54,273 nt of DNA from an uncultured virus (IMG/VR IMGVR_UViG_3300017613_001373) (IMGVR_UViG_3300017613_001373), one strand, 5' to 3'. Shown: positions 1 through 9,089, counted from the stretch's first letter. The notes: a model not told the origin generated them from the letters alone. Numbers and translations: made by a program.

Positions 1-383
1 GCTGTTCCCGCGATACGGGGAAATTTGGGTCGTAATCTAAATGATAATTTTATGGAAATAATATCGCCTGTTTCTATTTCATAATTATTGCTAGAAACCT
101 TGATATTACCCGTTATCCCATCACCGCTATTAAATTCTCGTAATCGTAACGTACCTACATTTTTACTATTAACACCTTGTCCGATCCAAACTTCGCATCC
201 TTCTCTGATCAAACTCACGTTGCCGACACCAGTATTGAAGTCGATAACATCTGAAAACCTATCGGGATTTATTCCAACGATTGCGCTCCAAATTGTTTCG
301 GGTTGCTCCACTGAAATGTATGTTGACGAAGTGTGTAAATTCCCTCGTAATAGTTCTAATTCTCCGCTTGAAAGTATTGTCAT
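1..383 (-). CDS. N-terminal part of a probable virion/tail protein (runs off the window start)
   Basis: Open minus frame from ATG at 383 (MTILSSGELELLRGNLHTSSTYISVEQPETIWSAIVG...) to base 1; TATAAT 7 nt upstream (leaderless); beta-rich composition. Not in the ORF track. Confidence 0.6.
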   Translation of the reverse strand, partial: MTILSSGELELLRGNLHTSSTYISVEQPETIWSAIVGINPDRFSDVIDFNTGVGNVSLIREGCEVWIGQGVNSKNVGTLRLREFNSGDGITGNIKVSSNNYEIETGDIISIKLSFRLRPKFPRIAGT

Positions 384-453
384 ATAGAGAATTATAACTT
401 ATTGTTCAACTGTTATGTTTTAGGATTGGCGTGTTTGTCACATTAAATATTCA

Positions 454-873
454 TTAAACAGGAATTAGATTATTGATCACGAGAGTGATACTAGAGTACA
501 CCACACCCCTGCCGAACACTTGTTCCTGCTCTTGGGGGTTTATCGGTTGCACAATCCCAGAAAATTCACCAAATGTTCTTCCCACGAACTCTCCATTATT
601 TATAGGAATAGTGATTAAGAATTCTCGATCATTGTTTATCGCGTTATCAACAAGTTTCTTCAAGTTATATATTGTTTTTGAACTCGGATTCACCCATGTA
701 TATGTGCAACTCGAAAACCCGTGCCGAATCCCAAAGCCCTCCCCAACCTCAATAATATCGCTGAAACCTTGGTAATCGAAGGATTCTGGGGGCGAGATAT
801 TTCTAACAAAGATCGGTGCTTTAGTTAGTAAGGTTGTTCCAATGGCAAATTCACAAACTTTAGAATCAATCAT
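454..873 (-). CDS. Hypothetical protein, paralog of 873-1313, possibly a tail component
   Basis: 139 aa; aligns by eye with its neighbour (NIxPP, TWxNPSS, GRGxVYxSxTL). Confidence 0.75.
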   Translation of the reverse strand: MIDSKVCEFAIGTTLLTKAPIFVRNISPPESFDYQGFSDIIEVGEGFGIRHGFSSCTYTWVNPSSKTIYNLKKLVDNAINNDREFLITIPINNGEFVGRTFGEFSGIVQPINPQEQEQVFGRGVVYSSITLVINNLIPV

Positions 874-1313
874 TATACGACTCCTAAAATAAGTACGTTA
901 TTTAGTGTAAGTGTCAACGATTGGTACACGATTCCACGCCCTGTCATCTTAGCTTGCTCTCGGATAAGAAGCGGGTAGACATTACCTACAACATTATTAA
1001 ACTGTCGTGAGGCGATGGTTTGACCTGAGTTAAGTGGGATACTCATATAGAGTTGTTTAGATCCGCTTAGAGCGGATTCTACAAATTTCTTTATACGAAA
1101 CACGCTGATGGACGACGGATTTGCCCAAGTCATTTCTACTCGACGATACCCTTCTTGTATGATTCCACCATCTGATTGTGATTGGGTAGCACTAAAGGGT
1201 GTATATTGTGACGTATTTGGTGGAGCAATGTTGGCAACAAAGAAGTTTGTCAATTCTGCTTCCGAAATACCTATTCTGAAATTGCATAAATTACTCTTAA
1301 TTATGTCTGTCAT
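873..1313 (-). CDS. Hypothetical protein, paralog of 454-873, possibly a tail component
   Basis: 146 aa; TATAAT 7 nt upstream of ATG; stop overlaps next start. Confidence 0.75.
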   Translation of the reverse strand: MTDIIKSNLCNFRIGISEAELTNFFVANIAPPNTSQYTPFSATQSQSDGGIIQEGYRRVEMTWANPSSISVFRIKKFVESALSGSKQLYMSIPLNSGQTIASRQFNNVVGNVYPLLIREQAKMTGRGIVYQSLTLTLNNVLILGVV

Positions 1314-1334
1314 GTTTTCAATTATACACCAGCG

Positions 1335-1505
1335 TTATCCCCACAAGTAAAAAGCACAATTCAAAATTACAGCAATTGGTAGTGAATGATAAAACGGTAT
1401 TATCCCCATTATGTCCAATAACCCTATTGTTACACCGCTAAAAACTATTAGAAGCCCAATAGAATATCTTTTGATAATTTGTTCTTTCGTTCTAAACATC
1501 GTCAT
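1335..1505 (-). CDS. Small two-TM membrane protein (56 aa)
   Basis: MTMFRTKEQIIKRYSIGLLIVFSGVTIGLLDIMGIIPFYHSLPIAVILNCAFYLWG; two hydrophobic segments; below ORF-track cutoff. Confidence 0.5.
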   Translation of the reverse strand: MTMFRTKEQIIKRYSIGLLIVFSGVTIGLLDIMGIIPFYHSLPIAVILNCAFYLWG

Positions 1506-1518
1506 AGTATACCTTAAT

Positions 1519-1551
1519 GCAAAAATCCCATCATTTAGATGAGGTTTTTGT
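1519..1551. terminator. Intrinsic terminator-like hairpin
   Basis: GCAAAAATCCCATC-ATTTA-GATGAGGTTTTTGT, flanked by A and T tracts. Confidence 0.5.
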
Positions 1552-1580
1552 AATTTTTTACAATTTGATCATCTGCCATA

Positions 1581-1811
1581 TTAAATAACTCTCATCGTAT
1601 TAAAATCTATAACATCTTTTTTATATGCTTGAATCATTTTCTGAATATCTGTCCTCAACTCGTCCATATCTTCTCCGAATGGGGATTTTGGCATATCGCC
1701 GATGTTTATCACAAGACCGTTGATTAAGGATACCTCATATATGCCAAAATAATCGTTATGTTTAACTCGTTTTCTAACAATCCTATATTCCCAATAAATT
1801 TCTTTTTTCAT
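1581..1811 (-). CDS. Hypothetical protein
   Basis: AGGAG RBS before ATG at 1811 (MKKEIYWEYRIV...). Confidence 0.7.
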   Translation of the reverse strand: MKKEIYWEYRIVRKRVKHNDYFGIYEVSLINGLVINIGDMPKSPFGEDMDELRTDIQKMIQAYKKDVIDFNTMRVI

Positions 1812-1812
1812 T

Positions 1813-2103
1813 TCACTCCTTTTCTTGTATACCCATTTTGGTCCTAATCTCAAATAATATCACATTGACCCATTCGGATGAGATTTTAAACCATTCACCT
1901 TTTAATTTCTGCTGTCGTCCTATTATATCAGGTCGTAACTTATCGTGAATTATCTTTTCCAAGTCTCTATCACCGTACCATTGTTTAATTAAAATCAATT
2001 TTTCAGCGTTACCTGTTTGTAAGGTTTTCAATCTTTTCTCTGGATTTTTTGAAAAACCAACCTTGTAAATATTTGTACCGTCTCGATGTATTAAATAAAC
2101 CAT
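1813..2103 (-). CDS. GIY-YIG family (T5orf172/MUG113-like) protein
   Basis: VYLI...YKVGFSKNPEKRLKTLQTGN...LEKIIH...GEWF signature; leaderless TATAAT-N6-ATG. Confidence 0.85.
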   Translation of the reverse strand: MVYLIHRDGTNIYKVGFSKNPEKRLKTLQTGNAEKLILIKQWYGDRDLEKIIHDKLRPDIIGRQQKLKGEWFKISSEWVNVILFEIRTKMGIQEKE

Positions 2104-2227
2104 TATATGATTATACCTTATATATTGTATTTTTCACACTAATAGGTTTGTTACCAGCGTACTATTGTAAAAAATTACAATTAATACTACAATATATTTA
2201 TTGAAACTTATTCAAGGAGAAAATACT

Positions 2228-2524
2228 ATGGGTAATATAATCCAAAATATTATATCATTACAAGAACAGATAATAATCCAATTCAATGTTCTCAATCCAC
2301 AATCATCATTATCTATTGTGGATCACACTGGGATGTTTTGGAAAAAGTTTGCTTTGGACAATGGTGATACATGCATCGAAACAAATGAACTAATTGAATA
2401 TTTAGGATATAGAACACGGTACAATTATGATGTTGAACCAATTCAATATGAAGATTTATTATTGTTCTATGACATATACCGTCATATAGGAATAATTGTT
2501 GATACAAACAAGGAGGTCAAGTAG
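2228..2524 (+). CDS. Hypothetical protein
   Basis: AAGGAG RBS before ATG 2228, downstream of a class A promoter. Confidence 0.7.
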   Translation: MGNIIQNIISLQEQIIIQFNVLNPQSSLSIVDHTGMFWKKFALDNGDTCIETNELIEYLGYRTRYNYDVEPIQYEDLLLFYDIYRHIGIIVDTNKEVK

Positions 2525-2528
2525 TCCT

Positions 2529-2819
2529 ATGAGATACGAATGGAATGGTACAGGGATGACGGATAGAGACGCATCAATGATTATTGATGACGCTGTTAGG
2601 ATTTATGACAACTATGCTAAATTATTAGACGTAATTCATAGATACATTGAACATCGCTTTCCCTACATGTTTTTTGATGGATTTGAGAATATCGCAATCA
2701 ATACAGGTACAGAGTTGATTGTAAAAGGGATTGATTTTTATACAAATACTCGTCATTACTTCACATTAAAGTTTGATGACGCAGAGATAACACTAATTAA
2801 ACACAGAATTTTAGATTGA
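2529..2819 (+). CDS. Hypothetical protein
   Basis: AGGAGG upstream of ATG 2529. Confidence 0.65.
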   Translation: MRYEWNGTGMTDRDASMIIDDAVRIYDNYAKLLDVIHRYIEHRFPYMFFDGFENIAINTGTELIVKGIDFYTNTRHYFTLKFDDAEITLIKHRILD

Positions 2820-2843
2820 TAAACAACTTTATAGAAGGATACT

Positions 2844-3101
2844 ATGACATTATATAGAACAAGTTTTGAAAGAACTAATTTTTCATTCACGCCACCATTG
2901 GAACAAAAAGCAGATGTGGTATTTGAATTTGATGGGGATATAGATGATTTAGAATTACATATTGATGCGGCATATGAAGCATGTTATGAACAGAACCCCC
3001 AATGGCGTGATCCTTCATCACCAATTAAAGGGTTTGGAGGATGGTCGTCGGTGTTATGGGATCATAATATTGTTGAAGCCGAATTGAGGATATTGAAGTG
3101 A
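2844..3101 (+). CDS. Hypothetical acidic protein
   Basis: AAGGA RBS; ORF in gene run. Confidence 0.7.
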   Translation: MTLYRTSFERTNFSFTPPLEQKADVVFEFDGDIDDLELHIDAAYEACYEQNPQWRDPSSPIKGFGGWSSVLWDHNIVEAELRILK

Positions 3102-3280
3102 CTGGAGTTGTTGGATGGGAGGATAGAACAATTGCGAAGATGCGTGATGAGTATAGTTTCAAGGATCACCATATTTGTGATATATTCCCATACTGGTTGA
3201 GATAACAGTACTTTTAACCTATTGTAAAAAATTACAATTTTGTTACACTATCCTTATTGAAGTCAAAGAAAGGAGATATT

Positions 3281-3538
3281 ATGAAAGAATGGCAAATTAA
3301 ACTTATGATAAAGGGATTGTTCGCAACACTGGTTGATCATGTTGACTATGCTATTGTTTATGACTATGATCCTAATACTATAATTACAGGACATGGTGTG
3401 AATACCAATACCGCATTTCAGCTAGTCGTTGATGCTGACGAAGATGATGGTGTGTATCTGAATGTTCTGGATATTGATAATGATTATGCTATCATATATC
3501 AAGGTGTTTTCACAGATGTGAGGAAATTTTTGAATTAA
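3281..3538 (+). CDS. Hypothetical acidic protein
   Basis: AAGGAG RBS before ATG 3281; class A promoter. Confidence 0.7.
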   Translation: MKEWQIKLMIKGLFATLVDHVDYAIVYDYDPNTIITGHGVNTNTAFQLVVDADEDDGVYLNVLDIDNDYAIIYQGVFTDVRKFLN

Positions 3539-3556
3539 TTTAAGGAGAAAAGACAA

Positions 3557-3736
3557 ATGACTTTTGAAGAATGGATGGTAGCGGTGGACGAGGTGGTTGG
3601 TAATATTACATTTGGTTTAAGTGTTCATGATTTACCTGATATGGCATTTCGTGACTTATATAATGATGGTTCAACGGCACAAGACGCGGCAGAAGAAGCA
3701 CTGGGAAATGCAGATTTCCCAATGGAGATGTTATAA
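3557..3736 (+). CDS. Small acidic phage protein (59 aa)
   Basis: TAAGGAG RBS; MTFEEWMVAVDEVVGNITFGLSVHDLPDMAFRDLYNDGSTAQDAAEEAL...; below ORF-track cutoff. Confidence 0.75.
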   Translation: MTFEEWMVAVDEVVGNITFGLSVHDLPDMAFRDLYNDGSTAQDAAEEALGNADFPMEML

Positions 3737-3924
3737 TGACTATTTTAATATTTGTAAGAATTGTTGTAATCCCATTGTTTTACTGTTTCGTGGGTAAAAC
3801 ATGGTATGATTCAAACAATCGGAATAAACATGTTCGTAATATTATTGCGACGATTGGATTTATCATCGTGTTTGATGTTGTGGGTATTTTGATAGATGAA
3901 CTTATACGGGAAGGATTACTATGA
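3736..3924 (+). CDS. Small two-TM membrane protein
   Basis: Two hydrophobic segments; GGAG RBS; start overlaps upstream stop. Confidence 0.65.
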   Translation: MTILIFVRIVVIPLFYCFVGKTWYDSNNRNKHVRNIIATIGFIIVFDVVGILIDELIREGLL

Positions 3925-4151
3925 GTAAAGTGCAAAAAGATCCGAAATTCAAGGTGGAAGTTATTGAAACCCATGAAGGATATTTTGTCTATAAGCGTGA
4001 TGGACAACGTGATAGATGGATTTGTTACAACACTGATGTATTACCAGATACATTGGAGGTTGTTGTGGGCAAATCTTATACGGGACAAAATATAATAACT
4101 ACCGAAAATGGCACGTTTGTTTCGTGGAAACGGGAATTTAAGGCGAGGTAA
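3921..4151 (+). CDS. Hypothetical protein
   Basis: ATGA overlap with upstream gene. Confidence 0.65.
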   Translation: MSKVQKDPKFKVEVIETHEGYFVYKRDGQRDRWICYNTDVLPDTLEVVVGKSYTGQNIITTENGTFVSWKREFKAR

Positions 4152-4231
4152 TAAAGTACAATAGTACTATTGCAATAACCGATAATATATGGGATACTAT
4201 AAAAGTATTGAAAACTGATAGGAGAGACAAA

Positions 4232-4690
4232 ATGAAAAACGATGGAATTAAAGATGTGATTTTTGAACTTAGCTGTACAAGCTGTACAGCAGAATTGGTA
4301 ATGAATGATGAGGATATTTTGGGAGCTATTGCACAACTCCAATGTGAATATTGTAAATCAGCGTTTGTATATATATTACCTACACCAGAATCCGATACTG
4401 TTTTTAATCAAGAAGGACAAACTGTTAACGGTATTCAAGTTAATGGTAATGGTGGCATCTATGCAAATACCATCACAGCGAAGAATGTTGTACAAGGTTC
4501 ACAAGTTAATGGGATAGTACATGTAGACGGTGATTTTGTTGGTGGTGATAAAATTATTGGGGATAAAGTTGGTGGCGAAAGGTTAAGCGGTGATAAGATT
4601 GTTATCGGAAATATTTCTGGTCAAAAACGCGGTATTGCAATTGGGCGCGGTGCAACAAGTGTTGTTCAAATTAATTACAATACGGATTAA
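4232..4690 (+). CDS. Zinc-ribbon protein with C-terminal G/N/Q/V/I-rich amyloid-signalling-like motifs
   Basis: CTSC...CEYC followed by FNQEGQTVNGIQVN, GGIYANTITAKNVVQGSQV, GDFVGGDKIIGDKVGG..GDKI, IGNISGQKRGIAIGRGATS; AGGAG RBS and own class A promoter. Confidence 0.75.
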   Translation: MKNDGIKDVIFELSCTSCTAELVMNDEDILGAIAQLQCEYCKSAFVYILPTPESDTVFNQEGQTVNGIQVNGNGGIYANTITAKNVVQGSQVNGIVHVDGDFVGGDKIIGDKVGGERLSGDKIVIGNISGQKRGIAIGRGATSVVQINYNTD

Positions 4691-4785
4691 ATCATGAACG
4701 TGAAAAAATCAACAGGAAATTTGTTTGGTATTGTTTTCGCCATTATGTGTATTTTGGTTGTGATATTGGGAAATTAATAAAATAA

Positions 4786-4849
4786 AAAAACTATTTAATA
4801 AATAATATTTTTACAATCATTATTATTTTTTATTTATTAAATAGTTTTT
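4786..4849. repeat. 20-bp perfect inverted repeat in a very AT-rich intergenic tract
   Basis: AAAAACTATTTAATAAATAA (4786-4805) / TTATTTATTAAATAGTTTTT (4830-4849). Confidence 0.8.
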
Positions 4850-5311
4850 GCTTTATGCACACGAGTACACGCTTGATTCAAGTAACATTTTTCAGACGTT
4901 ATTTAATGGGTTTGATTAAATATTTAATTAAATGTTAATTGTTCTCAGAAATAATTTAATAGTGTTTATTTAATTTAAGAATTAATTTAATCGGATTAAT
5001 AATAGAAAGAAATAAATTTAATGAGGATGTAATGGGTTTAATTGAAAAAATGTATAATGAGGCAAGTGCTAATTGGTTGGAGTTGGATTATATAATTGTT
5101 AGTAAAAATTTTTGGGATAGTTGGTTAAGGTATTTCTTCGACGCATTTATTATAGATGATCAAATGATTTTTATCACAAAGACAGATTGATAATATTACT
5201 GTTCACTTAATGGAAGGAAATATTGTAATTGGTGCGGCTAGTGTTAAATGTAAAATATCAGATGAAGTAGATAGTTATAATATTATATTACGGAGTGAGA
5301 GGTAGGTATTA

Positions 5312-5812
5312 ATGGAAAAAGATCAAACATATGGTTATCAATATACGATACCTAATAATCATTTCAGGAATGATTTAGAATATAAAAAATATTATATTGA
5401 GGCAGAAGAAAAACGAGCAAGAACAATTATTGGTGAGCAATTATTTGATATGGTGAAGACTACAGAAGATGGTGTTTGTTTTTGGTTGAAACGAGAACAA
5501 AGGGATGATTATAGTCCGATGTATGATTATAGTCCGATGTATGATGACATTTCATTCCCTGTATATAATCCATATGATAGTATAGAACCAAATCAAAGCG
5601 TGACCTATCGCGTTAAATGCGAGGTTGTGCAATATCATAATCCAATTAAATATAGACTTGAACCAAGCTATTATCCAACCGCATTACCTAAAGGTGAAAT
5701 CAAATATACAAAAGCTACTAGTATGATTAAAGAATTATTTAATAGAACAATTAAACCGTTTACGAAAAGTTTTAATGATGAATTAATTATACAGGCGAGA
5801 AAAGGGTTATAA
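5312..5812 (+). CDS. Hypothetical protein with an internal 18-bp tandem duplication (DYSPMY x2)
   Basis: 166-aa ORF; GAGG upstream. Confidence 0.7.
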   Translation: MEKDQTYGYQYTIPNNHFRNDLEYKKYYIEAEEKRARTIIGEQLFDMVKTTEDGVCFWLKREQRDDYSPMYDYSPMYDDISFPVYNPYDSIEPNQSVTYRVKCEVVQYHNPIKYRLEPSYYPTALPKGEIKYTKATSMIKELFNRTIKPFTKSFNDELIIQARKGL

Positions 5813-6070
5813 TGATAAATCAAAATGTATTAAAAGACATTGGGTTTGAACAATCTTATTGAAACATTATTTGGCAAGGTTGAAAACATGTCGCATTACT
5901 TGTTAAGTGGTGTGATTGACAATGGTTCTCGTTGGGCTGAAATTCATCGCTTACAACGATTTATGAGCAAACATGGTCGTATGACAGACGAACTACAATA
6001 AAACAGGAGAAATGTATGGAAGAAGATGAAGAAGTGATTGTTTTTGATTGGGTTGATGAAGGAGATGAAT

Positions 6071-6988
6071 ATGAGTTATGATAGTTTTTATTTAGTGCCA
6101 AGAATGAGTATTGTTGAAAGTAGATCGCATTGTGATACAAGTGTGATGTTAGGTGGACATACGTTTTCATTGCCGATCATGCCAAGTAACATGTCCAGCG
6201 TCGTAGATTTTAAGTTATGTGCTGAGTTGGCACGTAATAATTATTTTTATGTAATGCACCGATTTTGTGATTACAGCGATATTTATGATTTCGTTGTTGA
6301 TATGGATAATGATGGATTGATTAGTTCTATTAGTGTCGGTGTTAAACAACAGGATTATGATCTTGTTGACAGATTGATTAATGCAAAATTGGACTATATC
6401 ACACTGGACATCGCGCATGTGGACGCAATTCTTGGTAGGGATATGATTAAACATATTAAAAAAACATTACCCAATACTTTTTTAATTGCGGGTAATGTTG
6501 GTAGTGTCGATGGTGCAAAACGTGTTGAATCTTGGGGTGCAGATGCTTTGAAGGTGGGGATTGGTAACGGTTCAAAATGTTTGACAACTCCAAATACTGC
6601 TTTCCATTGTCACCCCGCTGTTTTGTTGCAGGAATTACAAGGTGAGGTTAGCATACCAATTATTGCTGATGGTTCAATTTATGATATTGGTGATATTTGT
6701 AAAACCCTTGTTTTAGGTGCTGATATGTGTATGATTGGTGGGATGTTATCAGGATTTGATGAAAGTCCCGGTGAAACATTTGAAGTTGATGGAGAACTAT
6801 GTAAAATTTATGCTGGTTCTACTGCTAACAATACAACTCATATCGAAGGTGCGAGTAGTAATGTACCATTAAAAGGGTCGCTGTGGAATTATTTGGATAT
6901 TATTGGTCAAAATCTTCGTAGTTCAATCTCTTATGCTGGTGGGAATGATTTACGAGCTTTTAATAAGGTAGAGATCAAGTTTCATTAA
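6071..6988 (+). CDS. guaC: GMP reductase (IMPDH/GMPR family)
   Basis: PIMPSNMSSVVD, YFYVMHRF, ISVGVK, YITLDIAH, IAGNV, KVGIGNGSKCLT (catalytic Cys), PIIADG, IEG, LRSSISYAGG; no CBS domains; GGAG RBS before 6071. Confidence 0.9.
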   Translation: MSYDSFYLVPRMSIVESRSHCDTSVMLGGHTFSLPIMPSNMSSVVDFKLCAELARNNYFYVMHRFCDYSDIYDFVVDMDNDGLISSISVGVKQQDYDLVDRLINAKLDYITLDIAHVDAILGRDMIKHIKKTLPNTFLIAGNVGSVDGAKRVESWGADALKVGIGNGSKCLTTPNTAFHCHPAVLLQELQGEVSIPIIADGSIYDIGDICKTLVLGADMCMIGGMLSGFDESPGETFEVDGELCKIYAGSTANNTTHIEGASSNVPLKGSLWNYLDIIGQNLRSSISYAGGNDLRAFNKVEIKFH

Positions 6989-7025
6989 GTTTGACACATT
7001 TTTGATAAAACGATATACTATGTTT

Positions 7026-7112
7026 GATATTACTCTCCGTAATATTGTTCTATATAAAACGCCCCACCATTGTTATATTCATACTTAAACAAGGCTGGTG
7101 GGGTGTTTTACT
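7026..7112 (+). ncRNA. Candidate ~85-nt small RNA with an anti-SD loop and an antisense loop
   Basis: TTGACA(6991)-N17-TATACT(7014); hairpin ATATTAC-TCTCC-GTAATAT; long hairpin 7055-7110 ending in a T-rich run; no ORF. Confidence 0.65.
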
Positions 7113-7145
7113 TCCTCTGTAGAACAAATGTGTTATAATATAGGT

Positions 7146-7403
7146 ATGAATATAACAAATAAAGCCGATTTTTATATAGATGAAGAAACTTCCTTAATAT
7201 ATCTCAACAAGAATACAATTGTGGAACCATTTGTGAATATGAAGTGGAATGGTGCAAATAAACAATATTATACGTCGTTGGGGTATAGTTTTACACAAAT
7301 GCGTGATAGTTTCATGACTGCCATTCAAGATTTATCACATGGTTGTGGTGTAAGGGTTGGTGCAATATGTCCAATATGTAAAGCCCAACGTAATGTGGCC
7401 TGA
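7146..7403 (+). CDS. Hypothetical protein, leaderless, C-terminal H/C zinc site
   Basis: TATAAT(7134)-N6-ATG(7146); HGC...CPIC. Confidence 0.65.
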   Translation: MNITNKADFYIDEETSLIYLNKNTIVEPFVNMKWNGANKQYYTSLGYSFTQMRDSFMTAIQDLSHGCGVRVGAICPICKAQRNVA

Positions 7404-7517
7404 AATTAACAACATCCCAATACTTGATTGGACATACTTTAAGAAAAGTACTAGGACATGGCATTACTTGTGGAATGATGAATTGTGGGTAGATGAAACA
7501 GAAAATGAGGTGAAACT

Positions 7518-7973
7518 ATGAAAATTGTATCCAGTGTAATAGTGACTGAGAATGGGATTAAATATTACTTGATTGTTGAAAAAAACCGTGCAGGGTATTT
7601 TGTATGTGTTCGTAATGCTAATGGCTTTTCCCCGATGTTTGTGTTACCATCTACCCGTGATACTATATATAATAGTGTAGAAGAAGCACTTGAATCGTCA
7701 AGACATTACCTCACCAATAAGTATAATCAGATTGTTATGCCGTTTGAAAGGCGATATGGACAGGTGTTTCGTCCTGAATCCCGCAAGGGTTTTCGTATCG
7801 CACGAGATTTAAATGAACCATCACATCGAGATGTGGTTGTTTTCATTCTAAACGATTATGACAATGAGGATGATTACTATTGTTTTTATGCCAATGATTC
7901 TGATTGGGAAGAATTGTATGATGAAGAGTTATATTTACAACTGCCAGTAATTAGTAAAAAAGTAGGAGAATGA
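7518..7973 (+). CDS. Hypothetical protein
   Basis: GAGGTG RBS. Confidence 0.7.
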   Translation: MKIVSSVIVTENGIKYYLIVEKNRAGYFVCVRNANGFSPMFVLPSTRDTIYNSVEEALESSRHYLTNKYNQIVMPFERRYGQVFRPESRKGFRIARDLNEPSHRDVVVFILNDYDNEDDYYCFYANDSDWEELYDEELYLQLPVISKKVGE

Positions 7974-8251
7974 ATATGAAAGAATATACAGCAACATTTT
8001 CAAACGGTAAAGACGTATTCTTTATTGTGGCCGAACGATATTTTGCTCAGACAAAAGAAGTAGCGGAAGAGATTGGGAAAATCACAGAAGATCTTGAAGG
8101 GCAAATTCAGAATTTTAAATATATCGAAGTTATTGAATTTACAGATCGTCAGATTTATCATCACGTCGGTCATCTTGGATCGATCACGCTTGGTTTGTTA
8201 TCGGGTGAAATGTTCGATGCCGCTGAAATTAGAAGTAAGCGTGGTCGATAA
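7970..8251 (+). CDS. Hypothetical protein
   Basis: AGGAG RBS; overlaps upstream stop. Confidence 0.7.
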   Translation: MNMKEYTATFSNGKDVFFIVAERYFAQTKEVAEEIGKITEDLEGQIQNFKYIEVIEFTDRQIYHHVGHLGSITLGLLSGEMFDAAEIRSKRGR

Positions 8252-8563
8252 ATGGTACTAAAACAAGCACGACAACATGCTATGGTTGCCGCATTTACAC
8301 AAGTGATTGAAGACACTGATGTTCAATTGGAATATGACGGTGATAAAACGTGGTTTAGCAATGATTATTCAGTTCAAGACATATTATCAATGATGTCAGA
8401 ATATCTTAAAAAATATGATCGTCATATGAGTATTGTAGAAATTACTCTTGCTTTCGATATTGAGATTGATTACGATGAAGCAAAAGACGCTCTGGAAGCA
8501 CAAGGTAGCGTACACGAAGCGATTGTAGAAATTTGCAAACTTCGTAATATTGGGGGTGTATGA
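8252..8563 (+). CDS. Hypothetical acidic protein
   Basis: Abuts upstream gene. Confidence 0.65.
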   Translation: MVLKQARQHAMVAAFTQVIEDTDVQLEYDGDKTWFSNDYSVQDILSMMSEYLKKYDRHMSIVEITLAFDIEIDYDEAKDALEAQGSVHEAIVEICKLRNIGGV

Positions 8564-8859
8564 TGTATAAAATCAGTATTATTGAGAATCCGACAATTCC
8601 GATTCTTGTTCCAACGAAGTTTTCAGGAACAAGTAGACCAGTTCTCCAATATCGTGTAAAAGCCCGTGTTGGCGATGTTGACGCATTATTACAGCGTATT
8701 GATGATGCACGAGATGAATGTGACATGTGTTATTTTGAATACAGAGATATTCATGGCGAGGAACAATCGTATCCAATTGTTTATGCTATGACAAAGGTTG
8801 AACAATTCGATGATGGTACTGACATGAATGTACTATATCTGGACTTTATCGTATTTTAA
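8560..8859 (+). CDS. Hypothetical protein
   Basis: ATGA overlap. Confidence 0.65.
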   Translation: MMYKISIIENPTIPILVPTKFSGTSRPVLQYRVKARVGDVDALLQRIDDARDECDMCYFEYRDIHGEEQSYPIVYAMTKVEQFDDGTDMNVLYLDFIVF

Positions 8860-9089
8860 TGTTGACAATAAAAGAGATTATAAAATATAATAATAATCCC
8901 TCTGAATGGTCTGGAATTCTTGTAAATAATGAATTGTTCTATATTGTTTATAAATGGGGATTGCTAAGTATTACTATCGGTTCATCCACAGCTAGTGTGG
9001 ATATTGGTGATCCATATGATAACAAGATGAGTACGGAAACCTTAAAAGAATTGACAAAAGTGATATTTAATTGGGATATGATAAAATGA
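8859..9089 (+). CDS. Hypothetical protein
   Basis: TAATG overlap. Confidence 0.65.
   Translation: MLTIKEIIKYNNNPSEWSGILVNNELFYIVYKWGLLSITIGSSTASVDIGDPYDNKMSTETLKELTKVIFNWDMIK

Noticed and set aside
88..1350. Plus-strand ORFs 88-387, 473-775 and 1108-1350
   Set aside because: They are antisense shadows of minus-strand genes that have promoters and mutual homology.
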